Assembly: GCF_002571385.2 (NCBI RefSeq)
Contig: NW_019217817.1
Span: forward strand, 691,572-755,571
Source: Stylophora pistillata
Lineage: Eukaryota
Direction of reading: 5' to 3'
Length of the DNA stretch: 64,000 nt
The notes beneath the pieces are model-generated. The model searched no databases. It had not been told where the DNA came from and saw only the letters and a program-made list of their open reading frames with translations. The translations under genes and the position numbers were made by a program. Positions 60,191 through 64,000 of the stretch are shown piece after piece (the stretch's first letter is position 1; the number at the start of each line of letters is the position of its first letter).

Positions 60191-63126
60191 TCAACTACAC
60201 AATGTTATCCACACCATATTTTGTCCCAAAAGTCGTCGGTTTATTTCTTTGAGAGCACTAGGAAATCTTGACAGGAGTTCTTTTGGAACTTCCGCGCTAT
60301 GGGCCGGATGTTGTTTCACTATAGTTGATGATGTCCTCCCAATTTTCCCTTTCGCTGGAGTTCTTTTTCCCACTGTTCGTCGCCTTGCAGGTTTAAAGTG
60401 GGATTTTTTCGTCGTCACAGCCATTTGTTCCTGTACAAGAAAATTCCAATAAACGGCCTTGCAACTGAAGACGTGTGTGTATCCTTTTAACTTCGACGAA
60501 ACAGTTAACCTCGTTTACGATGTCGATAAGTTACCCGAAAGACAGATGTTAACAGTGGGCAAATTTATCTCTAAACTAATTGACATCGATATTTACATGC
60601 AGCATCTGGAGAACTGGCACCCGTTTAATTATCAATCAGGTTTCGTTCTTAGTCAGTTCTCGTCGTTCAAAACTTATGAGTGACCGTAACTCACCGAAAG
60701 GCCATCATTTTGATTAACCACCTCAGAGCCTTAGACTTTTGCTGCTATATATTATTCATGGGCGATTTTCTTTTAAGTTCTTTACGCTGGTGGATACTCT
60801 GCTTCGAGAAATACATTTTTATAAATGCTAATAAGCATTTTTGTCAATCAGTTACCTTGTGTTTCATTGATGGTCCTTGCTGATGTGTCTTTGGCTTTTT
60901 ATTTTCCCTGGCTTCCCTTTTCTTTCTCTTAAATTCCAAGCGAGAATACAACATGGCGCGGTATTCTAGTAAAAGCAAAATACCAGAAAGAAAATCAGAA
61001 AAATAAAATTATTAAGAATAGAGGAACAAATGGCTGAGACCTTTGAAGTAACTGCTTTTTGGGGAAATATCCCAAATACGAGAAATTGTTCCATAAATGA
61101 TCCAAAATCACTGTCAGAGGTGGTGATGGAAATTTATAGCCCAGATATTGGGTGAAGGATTCAGCGACCAAAATCCAAAATCACTGTCAGAGGTGGTGAT
61201 GGAAATTTATAGCCCAGATATTGGGTGAAGGATTCAGCGACTCTTGTGAAGAACATCGGCAGAAACATTCTGCGGGAAATGATAAATTATCCCTACTTTT
61301 CTTTCGATATGGGGAAGAGTTTTACCAAACGTGACTTTCTTTATAGTCACTGACTCACTCCTCATTCTCAGTTTTGTCAGTTTTTATCAACATACGCAAC
61401 CCGATACTAAGACGAATTTCATTAGCGATGGGAGCGTAGGTTTTATTTACTAGCAGTGCTCGTTGCAGTGTACATAAAACCCAATTTCCACAAGCCTGTT
61501 CTAAGCATTCGGTTAGTAAAATGGAGCGTAAAAAACGGCGCGATGGTCAGAGCGGCAGAGCGAAAACGGAATAGGTTTGTGCCTCCGCCTTATGCGATAC
61601 CATCGGGACGTTTTCTATCGAACTCCGCACAACTGGACGGCGGGAACAAGACAATTTTTCGCAGGCTTAACCGCGCATTAAAGTCAATTGAAAAAACAAA
61701 AATACAGGGAGAGGCAGTATTTTGTTTTCCATACCTGAATATCGTTTTCCTCCAATGTGAAGAGTGGTATCCTCAAAGACGTGACCACACACACATGATT
61801 TTGATATTCCAGTTATCTAAAGATCAAATCAGTTGTAGATCAAATGAGTTATAATCAATAAGTTATAAATAGATTATCTCACTCTTTTTAATCGTTTAAT
61901 GCGAGTTTTACCAATAAACGTGCATGTTAAAGATGACTTGGAGCCGAGTTAAAAATGTAAGTTGGGGTAAACCTAGTCCTGATGAGTAGAGAAGATCAGT
62001 GCCTAAGAAAAACAGAATAAAGGCGCATTGATATTTTATGGTAAAAAATAAAGGTTAAAAACACAGTGTTTGACATTTCTTCAATTCGAGAGGTGAAAAG
62101 GGTTACGAAATTAATCCTAAATAAGGAAGGATAAAAAGTGTTTGCTTTCGTAATTATTGCATAGAGGAAGTCACGATCAGGAGATTTTTAATGATTCATT
62201 ATGATGTGAAATTCGTTGATGTATACAACAATCTTCCAATGAATCTACAAAATGTGAAAGGCACTTAGATAAATTTGTTTGAATGGAAGAAAAAACAAAG
62301 ACTGATTAATCCAACACGATTGAAGGGAACTCGAGATAACTGCACTACAACAATTTTCTCTGCCAAGAAGCACAATTTATGACGTAATTGTTTAAGACAG
62401 TACGTGGATCCTGGATATTGACGCCTGTCAGTTAAAATTGGCTGCTCTAATATATTTGCCGTGTCATGTCTTCTTTGGATGCAACAGAATTTTAGAAAAA
62501 CTTTTCAACCCAAACCGATCGTAGTTTTGGAGATTCACTGAAGTTGTGTTTTCAGTTGGACGTTCAATCAGTTCAGAATGATGAATTTCCTTATTTATTT
62601 ATTTATTTTTTTGTTTCTCAGATAAAAACGTTTTCCCTGCGAATAGAGTTGGTTCGGGGACTGGAAAGGATCAAAAGTGTTTCTCTAATAAACATCTCTT
62701 AAGAACATTTCATAAAAAAAAAGATATTCAAAGCCATGAAAAGTCAAACACCCTCGTCTTCGTGACGTCTGACATCCGATTTGTGAGCTCACATGAAGCT
62801 AGCTATGGCAAGCAGTTCTTTCATGGAGGAAATTATTCTCAATGAAGCAATGAAACTGTACCGTAGAAAAATAAACTAGAAATTTTGTTTCCTCGTAGGC
62901 TAACTCCGAGACAAAAGAGCAAATATCAATATTTTGCAATTCTCGTTAATGATTCTGTAGCCAGTTTAACAGGTAAAATGTACAAGATCGAAACATAAAG
63001 AGGAGATAGTTTCAAACCATATAGGTTTACCAGGCATAATGATGATTAACATCGTTCATTCACTAATCATATATTTCCGCCGCCACTTACCAATAAATTA
63101 CAAGCAAGACACTGTTGAAGAACCAT
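60191..63126 (-). CDS. Small basic protein paralog B (91 aa), join(63126..63091,60430..60191)
   Basis: Exon 1 MVLQQCLACNLL with GTAAGT donor; acceptor ttttcttgtacag; phase 0; C-terminus VPKELLSRFPSALKEINRRLLGQNMVW. Confidence 0.8.
61100..61241. repeat. Direct tandem duplication, period 73 bp
   Basis: atccaaaatcactgtcagagg...ggattcagcgac at 61100 and 61173. Confidence 0.85.
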
Positions 63127-63221
63127 GGCTTTAAAGTTGACTAGTATGTTTTGTTCTCGTATCAGCTCCTGATAGCTCTCGCTCCCCACTAAAGTTGTCA
63201 CAGCTGTATGGCCCACGTTTC

Positions 63222-63300
63222 ATTTATAGGTACTGAGTGTCAAGTGCGTGACGTCAAATCTAAAAGAGGCATCTTGACCGTTTGCACCTAGTGACGCAAT
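63222..63300 (-). promoter_or_regulatory. TATA box plus CRE of paralog B
   Basis: TATAAAT 63228-63222; TGACGTCA 63249-63256; TGACGCAAT 63292-63300. Confidence 0.6.
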
Positions 63301-64000
63301 AATTACAGATATTTTGGGAGTTCGTTGAACAATATTCAGAAGACAAACAATAGACAGATAACTTGTCTAGATGCTTCTTTAAACCTTTTTTTTTTTATCT
63401 CTTTCTTTTTCGAATTTTCTACGAGCTAAATTGTTGCACATGAAGAGCATTGTGCCCTTTTGCCTGGCATTATAAAAACATCGTCTTCGCTTCCCTTTAC
63501 ACAGTTATACGAAAGGAAAGCGTACTTTCGGCCAACGTCGACTTCCGCTGATTTAATGCAGCAACTAAATAACACAAATTCACTCCATCTCTATAGTAAT
63601 TCCCTTCAAGGTTATGAACTCGTAATAAGACAAAGGTTAGTTATCATAATCAATGACTATTTCGGTACTTCAGTATTTTTCGAATTCACTCCAACGCGTT
63701 TCGGGTAGTTGATATTTACCTGGAAGCGGACCCCAAACGTACACAAAGACATTTTGATAATTTATTCTGTTTGTTAACAGTATTCGGAGCAAACCGAGTA
63801 TGTCAAAACAAAGAATCGAAACATGCTCGTCAAGCAGATCATTGTTTCAGAAGACAACACAAAGAGACATGCTCGGTCGGCAGTTTAAATGGGGCAAGCG
63901 AAAGAGAGATGGAAGGGGAAAAATATAGTTTCTTGGAAAAAGAAAGTCTGACTCAATAAATCAGTATAGATTAGGGTTTCAAAATCTGTTCGAACAAAGA

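Overview
Eukaryotic, AT-rich, intron-containing DNA with three N-gaps. The repeat families and gene content point to a cnidarian, most likely a stony coral (inference). Genes reconstructed by hand from splice sites and reading-frame phase: two paralogous synaptotagmin-like TM-C2A-C2B genes (+; the first has an in-frame TAG), an SLC46/PCFT-family MFS transporter (+), an intronless SNX16-like gene nested antisense in an intron of the second synaptotagmin, a tandem cluster of four intronless coiled-coil genes ending in an (S/T)RxxxFS(Y/F)FP motif (-; one is a pseudogene), an orphan 144-aa ORF, and two small two-exon paralogs (MVLxQCLACNxL...EINRRxLxQNxxW) with TATA+CRE promoters. Mobile DNA includes a Neptune-type Penelope-like element (PLE) and several hammerhead-bearing pseudo-LTRs, tRNA-derived SINEs, P-like, Mutator-like and TTAA MITEs, and hairpin-ended Crypton-like derivatives. 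The most striking element is a 2.2-kb inverted concatemer of a 245-bp unit carrying a tRNA-Thr-like module and a covarying RNA hairpin. It is flanked by an 11-bp target-site duplication and has the same tails-out inverted geometry as the PLE insertions, which suggests a non-autonomous, possibly circular-RNA (retrozyme-like) element mobilised by PLEs.
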